From the human T2T-CHM13v2.0 reference genome, Homo sapiens: 64,000 bases of DNA. Within the stretch, counting starts at the first letter, position 1; every line of letters starts with the position of its first letter. The translations under genes were made by a program, and so were the position numbers. Location of the stretch: the NCBI RefSeq assembly GCF_009914755.1, contig NC_060927.1; one strand, written 5' to 3'. This document shows positions 27,529 through 39,930 of the stretch, one piece after another. Under the pieces are notes generated by a model. The model worked only from the letters and a program-made list of their open reading frames with translations, made no database searches and was not told the DNA's origin.

Positions 27529-29669
27529 GAAATCTTTGCATCATACTGAGTTATTTACATATTTCTACATATCAGAGTATACAGTGAACAAAAACCATGT
27601 TTTCATTTTTACTGTTCTACATTCAACAAATTGGCTGCCCTTTAGTGAGAGCTTGAAACCCTTTTCTGAATAAATGTTTAGAATTTGAAAATCAGTATTT
27701 ACTGGACTAATGGTTCATTGAGAGCAGAGGCCATGTCATTTACATTTTTATACCTCCTATCAAGACCTACACACTTAGCAAATAGGAAGCATTAACTAAG
27801 TGTTAGTTGCATGCATGGATCACCTTATAAACATTTCTTTTCCTGGCTGAAGCCTGCCAGTTAGTTTCCTTTTTTTTTGCGTAGGTTTCACTTCCCAACA
27901 CCGGAATCCCTTTCTCCAAGTTCTCCTTATTTTTTCTGAATTGTAGACCTCACAGAAGGTTATGGTATGAATACCTACAAGATGTTAATTAAGTTAAATC
28001 TGTTAAGTCTGGCCTATTCTGAATCCTGGATCCATTTTGTTGCTTTCACTCATCTAGATAGTTACTGTCTACTATTTGGGAAGTTCTTTCTCATATACTT
28101 TGGTCCATGGGAGAGTCATTTAAGACCGTATTTATTTAGCTTTCATTTCACAAGACATTTTTACATTATTATTATTTGATGCTCTCCAGAAACCCTGGGA
28201 AAAGTGGATACGGTAAGTATTTCCCCCATTTGATAAATGGAGAAAATAAGGTTCACAGAAGTCACCAAACTAGCAATGGAATATGTATCATTGAGTTGTT
28301 GGCAGGATGCCTAATTTTGCTAATATCAGAAAACCAGATAAATACTTAACCTTGCTGTGCTTAACCACCAATTTGATCTATCAGGTAGAGGCTATTGCTG
28401 CTCTGGACTTAATTCTCATTAGCAAGGCAATGCTTGTGGAGATGATGAAGATTGTGGGGGAAAAATGACTATATTTTTTAGAGTTGAGAATAGTTGAAGG
28501 AGGGAAGACTGAATGTAGCCAAATGTGTTCTTTGGGCTTTCAGAATGTATTTTTCCCCCCAAATCAAAGAAATGACTCCCAAGAAATGGCATCATTCTAT
28601 GGACAGAGACTTTGAAAGGGAACATAGCTCAAAGGAGATAGGAAACTCTGAAAAATGTAATTCTGATCATATATTCATGAATAATTCCCATGTGAATAAA
28701 GGTAGGCACATCTAAAGAAGCTTTTGTGACTGCCAACGGGGCTCTCTGATGAGCTTATATTCAAAAGGACTCATAGGAGGGATGGAAGAAGGAAGGCATA
28801 ATGATGGATAAGATTGGCCAGGCACTGCATGGATGAGCCCCGAGAACAAGCAGACCGGATCCCATAGGCTACTCAGCCATGTGTGACCTTGGGTGGGCTA
28901 CTGCTTGCTTATGGGAGCCCTGGAGTAGACATTCTCTGTCCCCATTTCTCACTTCAAGATTCACAAATATTAAATATGCAAAAGAGAGATGCTAAACAGA
29001 AGTGTATTCAGATGAGATCAGCCCATAATGAGATGCAGCTGGTAAAAATGCCAAAGGAGTATAAAGCTGCTTTCAAGCAAAGAAAATAAGAAAGGGAACT
29101 GTGAGGATGAAAGTGAATGGCATGGGTAAACACATCCTATAAACTGTGGGGAGATATATAATGTGAGGATCCCTAGCTCTGATTCTGTTAGGCCCCTTGC
29201 TTGGAGAATCTTTTGCTCTGTTAGTAGAAACCACTTTTGTTTGCCTGTGAACTGATCTAACAAGAATTACCATCTTTAAACTGAGAGGGCAGAACAAGCA
29301 ATGCAAACAGAAAACAGAGCCAAGAGAGATGAAGAGAGACAGCATCAGGTGTTCTTAATGAGAAAACTTCTGTGTTCAGGAGAACTGTATCCCAAGATGC
29401 CGAAACACCTTAAAGATATGATCAAAGACCTATCTTGATGCTTTTAAGAAACCACAGAGAAAAAGAGAAGAGCCTTCCACACTGAAGGGCAAACACTATC
29501 TCAGTTTTCAAGAGAGATAGAAGTGTGAAGCATTAGTCTAATTAATGAACATAGTGTTGATCTCTAAAAAATATAGAGTAGATTTTTGAATTAGAAAGTT
29601 TGTGAGCACATGATGAGAAAAGCAGCACACAGAAGAGTCATTATGATTCTTTAAGAACATCTGGATGTT

Positions 29670-29697
29670 ACACACACACACACACACACACACACAC
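29670..29697. repeat. (CA)n microsatellite
   Basis: Directly visible. Confidence 0.9.
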
Positions 29698-29715
29698 CAA
29701 AATTGGGTTGGTAGA

Positions 29716-30035
29716 TGTGGCAGAATAATAGCTCCAAAAGATGTCCTTATCCTCATCCCTGAAATTGTGAATATATTAGGTTACATGACAAAGGGGAATT
29801 AAGATTACAGATGGGATTAAAGTTAATAATCAGTTGAATTTGAGATAAGCAGATTATCCTGGATTATCTGGGTGATCCCAATCTAATAAAAAGCCTCCTT
29901 AAATGTGAAAGAGGGAGGCAGAAGAGTCATTGTCAGAGTAATGTAATGTATGAAAGACTCCATCAGTCATTGCTGACTTTAAAAATGGAAGGGGCCATGA
30001 GCCAAGGAATGCTGGCAGCCTCTACAAGCTCAGAA
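29716..30035 (+). mobile_element. MLT1D-like LTR, 5' part
   Basis: tgtggcagaataatagctccaaaagatgtcc...agattatcctggattatctgggtg...ggggccatgagccaaggaatgc. Confidence 0.82.
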
Positions 30036-30039
30036 ATGC

Positions 30040-30202
30040 CTTTGGACTCAAATGGGACTTACACCATCAGCTCCACTGGTTCTCAGGACTTTGAGTTACA
30101 CTGCTGATTTTCCTGGTTCTCCAGAAAAACCTGGAAATGGCAGTTTGTAGAACTTCTCAGCCTCTATAACCAAGAGAGACAATTTTTAGAATAAATCTCC
30201 TC
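30040..30202 (+). mobile_element. MLT2 (ERVL LTR)-like 3' fragment
   Basis: tttggactc...ttacaccatcagctcc.ctggttctcagg...acttctcagcctctataacc...aataaatctcctc. Confidence 0.65.
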
Positions 30203-30204
30203 TT

Positions 30205-30685
30205 ATTACCACAAACATAGCACTTAAAATGACACATTTATTATCTCACAGTTTCTGTGGATCAGAATCCAGTCATGGCTTAGCTAGGTCATTTGCTTCT
30301 GGGTATCACAGGATACAATCAGCATGTTGGCCAGGGCTGTAGTCTCATCTGAGGCTTGACTTAAGAACATCTGGCTATCAGCAGCATCCAGTTCCTTGTA
30401 GGTTGCTGGAATGAGGACTTCAATTTCTTTTTGACTGTTGACCCAAGGCTACCCTAAGCTCCTTGCGCATGGACTCCTCCAATATAGAAGCTCAAACCAT
30501 GGCAACTTGCTTCTTCAAGTAGCAAGGGAGAGAGTCACATACATGCAATTACATATATCTTGTCACCTTTGTTATTATATTTTCTTAGCCAGAAGCTAGT
30601 CACAGGTTCTTCCTACACTCAAGGAAAGGAAACCACACAAGGTTATGAATGCCAGATCATGGGGGCCATGGTAGGGTCTGTCTTC
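30205..30685 (-). mobile_element. MLT1 (F/G-like) LTR
   Basis: attaccacaaac...catttattatctcacagtttctgtggatcagaatcc...ggcttagct...agaagctagtcacaggt...acactcaagg. Confidence 0.7.
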
Positions 30686-31239
30686 CATGTTACCCTATTT
30701 TCTCAATTTATTGATGAATTGGGCAGACATATCATAGGCTCAGCTGCTCCTCTAGGAAGTACTGAGAACTTGATCTAACTATTTCCCTGAAATTGTGGTT
30801 AACAAAGGTGCTAAAGCACTTTGCTAAACTTTTGTCCCATCCTATCATGAGTTCTTCAAGGGCAACAAACTTTTAATTGATATTGACATTATTTAAATAT
30901 CACCAATTTGCTTTTGTCATATATGGCATATGATGTAGACTCATGGTAGGAGAATCCTAATTACCCTCCCTCACCCAGGAGTTCATAGTTTGGTTGTTAC
31001 TTTACAAGTGATTAAAATAAATTTATCAAGTTGTATAAATTTGGTATTTATTATATGTACAAAGAGGTAGATAAATGAAGAGAGAAATAAAGGCTCACAT
31101 TTAGAGGGAACCCTTATCTTTCCTCTAAGTTAAGAGAATTCATGGATGAGGAGTCCTTGATGATTTGTTCTTCATGAACATGAGCTGACCCCACATGACT
31201 CTTGCTTTTTTTCCAGACACTTACAGACTATCTCCTTCA

Positions 31240-31795
31240 TGATGGGCCCTTGCCTGCCTCATTAACATCATCTCATGACACTCTTCCCCTTTTCTATCAC
31301 ATTCCAGCCACATTTGCCTTCTTTCTGTGTCTCAAACTCACCAAGCTTTTTTTGCCTCAAAAGTCTGTGCAGTGTTGTTCTCTCTGCATGGAAAATGCCT
31401 CCACAAGTTGCTTTGGACTTCTTGTGCTGCCACAAATCCACCCATCACAGGAGTTCTTAATCTTTCCTGTGCATCAAATCCCCTGGAGAACTTGTTTAAA
31501 AACAAATTGCTGTGTCAGTCTCTGATTCAGTAGGTCTACAGTGCGTACCAAGAATTTGTATTTTCAACAGATTCCTAGGTGACGGTTCAAGGACCACACT
31601 TTAAGAACCACTGATTTCTCATATTATCCTATTTTATTTTCCTCATTGCATTCATCACTTATTTTCTATGTATTTGCTTATTTATTTTTTAGATGTAAGT
31701 TCCAAGAACATCAAGGACTGTGTAACAAATTACTAGAGCAATGTGTGGCTGTCTGGCATAGTTTTTATTGGATGAGTGAACAAATAATGAATAGA
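31240..31795 (+). mobile_element. L2 fragment interrupted by MER5A
   Basis: ccagccaca..tgccttctttctgtgtctcaaactcaccaagc...tagatgtaagttccaaga...ggatgagtgaa. Confidence 0.6.
31448..31613. mobile_element. MER5A-like MITE
   Basis: caggagttcttaa...tctgattcagtaggtct...aagaatttgtattttcaacagattcctaggtga...ggaccacactttaagaaccactg. Confidence 0.85.
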
Positions 31796-33159
31796 TTGAA
31801 ATATGAAAAAAAAATTCTACTAGAATGCATATCAGTTTTTGGAGCCGAATTGGAGGATCCATTTTTATTTGTGGTTTCACTAATAGATATTAAATATTGC
31901 TTAGAAAATATATACTTTAAGCTGTAAATTACAGTAATTATAATAACACTTTTGTGACTCTATCTACAAGTAATACTGGGTTGCCACAATGCTCATATTA
32001 GGGCTTAAGACAAATACAACATTAAGCAGCCTAATTTTATAAGTAGCATGTAGTAATGAACACATTTCCATGAAAGTCTTAAGCTTAATATATTTTAAAC
32101 TAAAGAGGATAACTTTTAATTTTATCTGGAAAGTATCTCTTTCTCTCATTTTCTACTTTTTCTCTTTCCTTCTCCCAAGAATACTAATAATTATGTTTTT
32201 TTTCCTTTTTGCCCCAACAGTAGATTGACTACATATCTATCTTTACAGTCCTGGAGTGTTTCTGTCATTTTCCCTCATTATATTATAACTGTGACACTTT
32301 TGTTAACATACATTCATTACCAATTACCTGCGACACCTGTGGATACCACATGCAGAATGGAAATGTTTTTAAATGAGCAGTCTGATTAAATAGAGTTGGT
32401 GTATGCTAATTATGAAGCATATGTCTTCAAAAAAGGAGAAGCAAGAAAAATTTACAATTAAAAAATATATTTACAGACACCCACAGTCTATAAAATTGGC
32501 TTTTGCCAAAGGGTGTGAAAGACTGTAATGTAGGTTGTACACATATGCCATCAAATAAAGTGAAGATTTGGTATTTATCACCCTGGTTTTAATGCTGACT
32601 ACCGAGTACCAACTCACAACTTCAGTAGCCAAAATTGGCTGCAGTAACAAGACAAACCTGACACCTTCCAGACCTCGCCTCCGTGTTGCATTGCAGGTGC
32701 ATTGATGTTGGGCAAGACACAAATATTTCGTGCTCAGATCTAAGCAATTTCAGCATGTAGCCAGTGCTTATAGCCTTACTCATCTTTGAATGAATGGCAT
32801 TTGATTAACTAAATTTCAAAATGAAGTCACAAAATCATAGGTGTTATAGTTAGAAATGGCCCTAAGGATTATTATTTTTAAATCTTCTCCTTCAAAATCC
32901 AAGGATATTGACAATAGATAAGTAATTTTCTCAAGGTCCCACAAGAAGTTCGTGACAGAACTGGGACCACAGCTCATGTATCCACAGTGATCTTTGCCAC
33001 TAGTATGTTTTTCTCCTAGTGTTCCATACTCAGTTTATTGTAAGGTGACTTAGAGGAAACCCATTTGACATTATTAGCTACCATAAATTTTTTATAGTGG
33101 AAGAAATTATATCTAATACTTCCATAATTTCCTATTTCCATTTAAATTGTATTAGAGCT

Positions 33160-33525
33160 TGTTACGGGATCAACAGTTTCTCCCCAAAATTCATATGTTA
33201 AGGTCATAACTCCTAATGTGACTTGATTTGGAGACAGGGGCTTTCAAAAGGTAATTAAGGTTAAATGGGGTCCTAAGGATGAAGCCTTAATCCAATAGAA
33301 CTAGCATCCTTACAAGAGGACAAAGGGACAGCAAGAGTGTGCATGCACAGAAGGAAGGCCTTACGAGGACACAGTGAGAAAGTGGTCATCTGCAAGCCAA
33401 GTCAAGAAAAACCAAACTGGCCAGCACCTTGATCTTGGACTTCCAGCCTCCAAAGCCATGAGAAAATAAATTTCTGTTGTGTAAGCCACCTAGTTGGTGA
33501 TATTTTGTTCTGGTAGCCTGAGGAG
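33160..33525 (+). mobile_element. MaLR solo LTR (MLT1A/B-like)
   Basis: ccccaaaattcatatgtt...ggtaattaaggttaaatg...ggccagcaccttgatcttggacttccagcctcc...aataaatttctgttg. Confidence 0.87.
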
Positions 33526-34604
33526 AAAAATATCGGGCTGGTTCACATCGAGTGTTGTACCTAGACAGAGCTTCAGAAATGAGCCCATTATTTTTTTTCT
33601 TGTTTCTGCCACTAAATGCTAGAAATAAAACTATCACATTTTTCTCATAGTAGGTCTGTTTCTTTACCATATATTTAAATGTTCTTTTCAAGCAAGAAAT
33701 GGAATTCTATTTGACTGGACTCACATATCACAAGTGAATTGCTGCCACCACAGTTGGAAAGCAGGACTGAACAGTTCATCTCTTGGGAACAATCTCTTCT
33801 TCCTTCACCTTCTCTCTCTAGTCTCCATCATACTGAATTTGTTTTTAAAGTCATAGTTTTATTTTAAGTGTGGAAAAGTTAGGGGCAGATATAGACTTAG
33901 AAGTAAGTGTCTGTCAAGGAAAAATTGTAGTCATGGACAAAAATGAGTGGATAGAATTCTACTCTAAGTCTAGTCTGGACGATGATCACCAATTTCAGCA
34001 ACTCAGTGTGTGGAATATTGGATTTGTAACATTATCCCTTTTACACCCTCATCATCATGAGCACAGCTCATACCTTAAATCCATGAGTGATTCACCAGAA
34101 TGAGTTTGATGGGAGAAAGTTTTAAGATGGGGCACCAGTTGGCTGCAATCTTCCCTCTTGGCCTTGAATAAAAAGAAACACTATAATGACTGAGGGTGCT
34201 CTGAGTTAGAGTCTCCATGTGATACTGTCTCCCTGTTTCCTACCCATAATGCCTAGCTCTTTGCCCTGAGTTTTGATGTTCCTTTGCTTGTCTACCCCAT
34301 CCAGTTCACCCTGACTGATGTCACAGGCCATCTCAGCATTAATTCCACTCATTGAGCTCACCCCTGCCAATCTTCTTCCCAGAAATATCCCCCTCACCCC
34401 TTATCTAAATTCTGCCAGTTTTCAAAGACACCGTAAGTCCCATCTCTTCTGGAAAACCCATGAAAATACTCAATCATCTTGATCTTTGTTTTTCCCAAAC
34501 TGCTTTAGCAATTTGTCATCATCACACAACTAGTATCTTATTACACCCTCTTTGATCCACAAATTTTTACTCTATGCAATGCTGGTGGGTATGTATGCAA
34601 ACAG

Positions 34605-34795
34605 TCCACATAGCAGAAAAATTATGGGTTTTAGAAATAGATCTGGGTTGAAATCCCAAACGTGCCATTCATGAGCTGAGTGACTTCTGCAAATTACTTA
34701 ACCTTCCCAAGTCTTAATGGCTTTGCTAATAAACAGGGGTAATAGTAACTATTTTCTAGTGTTCTTGTAAGAATTAAGTTAAGTGAGACCCTGTA
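34605..34795 (+). mobile_element. MIR
   Basis: agatctgggttgaaatccca...gctgagtgacttctgcaaattacttaacctt...taatagtaactat. Confidence 0.75.
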
Positions 34796-36548
34796 TACGG
34801 TGTGCTTCTTTCATGTATACTAGTCTTTTTTTTTCTGCTCTGTTTGTAATATTATGAGTTATAAAGATTTTTCCATTTACAAGCACTTTTCTTATATATT
34901 CTATGATTTATAAGCTCTTTCCTCTGTGGGATGGCTCTAAGACTCTCTGTGGATGGGAGTTATGTCATCTATGTTTTTTACACTGAAATAGCCCAAGACA
35001 TCCAGGAAACATTGTCCTAACTTGGGTAGTTTGAAGCCCAAGGAGTGTTGGAACTTTTCTCTCTACAAAAGAGAGAAGTAGCAAAGCTAGCAGCAGTGGG
35101 GAAAAAAAAAACTAAGAAAGTTAATGGGCTTTAAGACTTGCTCCTTCAGGAACCCCCATTTGTTTAATACATAGTGTGCACAAAGTCACCATATTGTCAC
35201 CATATTGACACCATATTGACTAGGAGCCAATATGCCAGCAGATTTAATCTGGTGGGTGGAAATCAGAAATTAAAGTCTTAAGGACAGTTGTCACACAAAA
35301 TCAGTTGAGTGACATCACATATTCAGGAAATCAGCCCACTTTAAGTAAGATACCATGAAGAGAAGACCCAAGCATCAGAGTCCTTAGGGAGAAGCCCTGG
35401 AAGATTTAGGAGGAGAATTATCTGGGCTCCAGCCAAGGGCTCTGGGATCCTGTACAGAGTTCCATTTCTAAGAGAATAGAAGCGAAGCCTTGGCCAAGGT
35501 GATAAAGATCAGAAAAGGCTAGAACTCAGAAGCCAGATGTGTATCCAGGCTCTTGGGAGGCAAACCAAACAGTAGATCCATAGTAACAAGACTAATTTCA
35601 GATCCCACCAGCTGGTCACCTGGGCACTATTCTCTCCCTTCTGTCTGTGTCCCTTTGAAAGCAGTTGACCACCTGGTAACCTTGGCCTGAAGTCAAGGTA
35701 ATAGGCAGTAGCTCCTGACTCAGGAACGTATCAAACTTCTCTCTCACTTATCCTTTTATTCTCCCTGTTTCTGCATGTCTTAGAGCTCTAGCTCTGCATA
35801 TCTATTTCTCCTCCATCTTTTCATAACTTATTAAAACTGCATTTTTGGTCTTAGTCCCTCATACATATGCACATTCAAAATGATCCTTGACCTTGCATAC
35901 ATGAACTTAGTTTAAAGCAGTGTCTGACACTCTTGGAAAAGGTGCCTGTAGCATTTGCTTTCAGCCCTGGCCAAGGTGCCCTCACCCTCTAAATTAGAGC
36001 CAACCTCTGGGCAGGCCAAGGCTTGCCTTGCTCTGGGTTGGCCCAGCGACTGGACAGGGGGTGGGATGTGGACTGGCTGATCCTGTTATAGAGAACATTA
36101 ATGACTCCAACTGGGAGAGCCAGGGCAAGGTCACAAGTGACAGACACATAAAAAGCCATCTTGACTCATTTGTTGGGAGACAACCATGAACTTAGGAACA
36201 TTCTGCCCTTGAGAATGGGGTGATTTAATTTTCAACTTCAGGCTCTTGCCTTGGCTGGCTTCCTTGGTAACTAAAATAAGCCATCTGCTTGACTTCCTAT
36301 GCCCATTTGCTTGCTGGAGGAATTGTTTGTCTACCCTCCCATCTGGCTAAAGCTCAGAGAGCAGAGGACCAAAGATGCCTGAGGTTTTTCCAAATCTCTC
36401 TTCAAAGGATCAAAAGATTCCATTGTGTGGAAATTTAGTTCCTGTCTTATCCCTTAGTCATTTTTGGGTAACTTTTCAACATTTTCATTGGCTTCATTTT
36501 ACATTCAGTAACATGGAGATGATCTCCTCAGTGGTCTCCTTTACCACA

Positions 36549-36552
<4 letters not shown>

Positions 36553-36593
<41 letters not shown>
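36553..36593. repeat. (CA)n microsatellite
   Basis: About 20 CA units. Confidence 0.95.
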
Positions 36594-36595
<2 letters not shown>

Positions 36596-37516
36596 CCCCT
36601 GAACATTACCTTGAGCCCTAAAGTGGGCTGGCCACCAGGAGGTCAATGTTAATGAGGGGTATGTATTCTTAAAGATCGGAAGAATTTTGAAATAATAGCT
36701 CCCCCACTGTTCAGTACTGCAAGTGGGCTACCTCTATGCCTCCTAGAATGCTAACCACATCACTCATTTCATAAAGAGTACTTTCAGGACATTTGAACTG
36801 TGTCTCAATCTTTACTTCCAACACTTCTCAATAAAATCCAGCCCAGCTGGAGTAGGACAAGAAAAACGGGGTGATTCTTTAGCATAAAAAATCTGCAGTG
36901 GCTTCTCATTGCTCATAGCACAGAATCAGAATTTCCTCATAAAGTACATGGTATCTTTCCCAGTTGTTTCCCAAGGTAACTTTCTAGCCTTATCTCTTTC
37001 TACTCTTTTCTGGATGATTTTGTATTAACATCTACTCATTGGAATTTGAAAAATATGCCAACATCCCACAGAAAGAAACGTACCCTCCCTGCCCCTCCCA
37101 CCCCTACACCACATGTTTAAGTGTAGTGGCTCGTTTCTTGTTCAGGAGATCTTAACATATCTATACAAACATGATAAACTTCACTCAGAAACCAGGAATT
37201 GCTCAAGTGAGAAGTTCTGGCACAGAGAACATTCTAAGATGGTCTGCACTGAGGGAAAGTCTTGCCCTGGAACAGAAAGGCAGCTACTCATGAAACTCTA
37301 CAAAAGTACTTTTAGTTTTCACAGAGAAAACTCTATGAAAACTCTTATTTGGGAATTCTCATCAAGCTGCTCCTTCTGCCACCAACCTCCTTCCCGGCCC
37401 TCCACCCACCTCAAGCTCCAGACTCAGAGTTAAAATATAAAGTATTTAATGACTTTTTAAGGCCCTTATAATATGTGGTTTGGGGAATGTGGTTCCGCCT
37501 TTCTCAAAGTACACAA

Positions 37517-38024
37517 GTGTGTGTATGTGTATTCGTGTGTGTGTATTCATGTGTATTCATGTGTGTGTATTCTGTGTATATGTATTCGTGTGTGTGTATT
37601 CGTGTGTATTCATGTGTGTGTATTCTGTGTATATGTATTCGTGTGTGTGTATTTGTGTGTGTGTATTCGTGTGTGTATTCTGTGTATGTGTATTCGTGTG
37701 TGTGTATTTCTGTGTGTGTATTTGTGTGTGTGTATTCGTGTGTGTGTATTTGTGTGTGTATTCATGTGTGTATATTCGTGTGTGTGTATTTGTGTGTTAT
37801 TCATGTGTGTGTATTTGTGTGTGTATTTCTGTGTGTGTATTCGTGTGTGTGTATTTGTGTGTGTGTGTTTCTGTGTGTGTATTTGTGTGTGTGTATTTCT
37901 GTGTGTGTATTCATGTGTGTATTTCTGTGTGTGTATTTGTGTGTGTGTATTCGTGTGTGTGTATTTGTGTGTGTGTGTATTCATGTGTGTGTATTTGTGT
38001 GTGTGTGTATTCGTGTGTGTATTT
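37517..38024. repeat. Complex TG-rich satellite: (TG)n blocks punctuated by TATTCG/TATTCA/TATTTG/TATTCT/TATTTCT
   Basis: Directly visible ~500-bp array; explains the Cys/Val- and His/Thr-rich ORFs. Confidence 0.95.
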
Positions 38025-38944
38025 GAATGGTTTGGGCGTAGGTTTTCATGCACTTGCACTTGGCCAAACCCTCATGATCTGTATATGCCATATTGCCTGC
38101 TGTTACGAATTCTGGGACCTATCCTAATTCTCGGAGTTCTTGCCCCATTTTTCATCGTAGGATAACAAGTATCTTGACTGTAATCTATTAATTGAATAAT
38201 TGAATAAACTTGTTTCCCTCCAGCGTGAGCATATTGTTTGCACACAGTGTCATCCTGGGCCCTCCAGCTATGGAAGGCCTGCCAGATATGTTTATTAAAC
38301 CCCCTGTGCTTGGAAAGAACACAGAAAACTGTCATCTAGAGCAATACAAAAGTGCCTATCTCAGCTGGAGATCTCACTGTTATGAATAAAGGAAGAGTTT
38401 GTGGTACAGTTTTGAGATGTAAAGAGAAAAAGCTTCCCCATGGTGCAAATGTGTTGTAACCCTCAGGCGAGAAAAAAATATTGAATTGTTGCTGGCGGTA
38501 CAATGTAATTATTGAGTTAGCAGCAGCTATGTTTCTAAGCTTCTTAAGGTAAAAATCACACTAATTTGGCCTTCTCCAAAGAACATTCCAGGTTGTTAAA
38601 TGGAACTGTTGAAACATTTTTCACTAATGAACCTAGCCTATGAACAGCCATTTCCACGTAAGTCAGATATTAGACAAGTTGGCAGTGAAAGAGGAGATGT
38701 GCTACCGTGGAGGCTGTCTTTGTTCACTTGAGGCCACACTGCCTCAGAATGTGTTTTCCAAACTCCTGAGGTGCAGGCATTTGACCTAGGTGGTAACCGA
38801 GTGGGAGGCATGATGGAAACCACAATGCTGTACTAAAAAAACATTAAGTGAGTCAGAGCTTGGCCTTTTCCTTTAGGACAGAACAACACACAGTGTATAA
38901 CCCTGGGATGGAGGGTGTGAGGCTCTAAGATTTCCAAGATGCTA

Positions 38945-39319
<375 letters not shown>

Positions 39320-39769
39320 TCATTTTGATTCCTCAGGGCTTATATCACTTCTCAGAGTCATTGTAGACCCCAATCTTAAGTGGCACTGTCTCTGCCAGGC
39401 AGAGAAAGGAGCCAATGATGCTCTGTGATCCAAACTCAGATTTGGGGACAACCTGTGGTGGTCACTATACACTGCTACAACCCAGATTCCTGCAGTGGGG
39501 TCCTCCTTGAAATATTAGTGGGGAAAAAATATGTGCTGCCTAACTCAGGGCTCAGCTACAGAAATCTGGGAGGTTCATTTGGCATGCTTTGTCTCTTAGA
39601 TACAGAGAAGATAATTTTCAAAGGTCAAACTCCTTTGTTACTTCTTCCTCCTTACTCTACTGGGTGGGGTCAGGGCAATGGACTCAACAAAGAGTATGAG
39701 TGGGTAAGGAAGTAAGGTTGAGGATCCTTTGACTTATTATGCTTCCATATCAACTAACTGATACAAGCA

Positions 39770-39930
39770 GATAGTGTGGTGAAGTGGAAAGAGCAGACTT
39801 TGAAGCCAGACTGAACTGGATTTATTTTCCTTAGTCTTGCAGACTAAGGTTAAGTGAACAAGTCACTTAACCTCTCTGAGCCTCAATTTCAACATTTATA
39901 AAACTGAATTTAGAAATATCTACTTTGTGT
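39770..39930 (+). mobile_element. MIR
   Basis: gtggaaagagcagactttgaagccagact...caagtcacttaacctctctgagcctcaattt. Confidence 0.8.

Noticed and set aside
37517-38024. CRISPR-like array
   Set aside because: No unique spacers, units are dinucleotide-derived, and the context is mammalian with no cas genes.
37473-38165. Longest ORFs in the track (230/215/183/149 aa; Cys-Val or His-Thr rich)
   Set aside because: They are translations of the TG satellite, which lacks stop codons in several frames; not genes.
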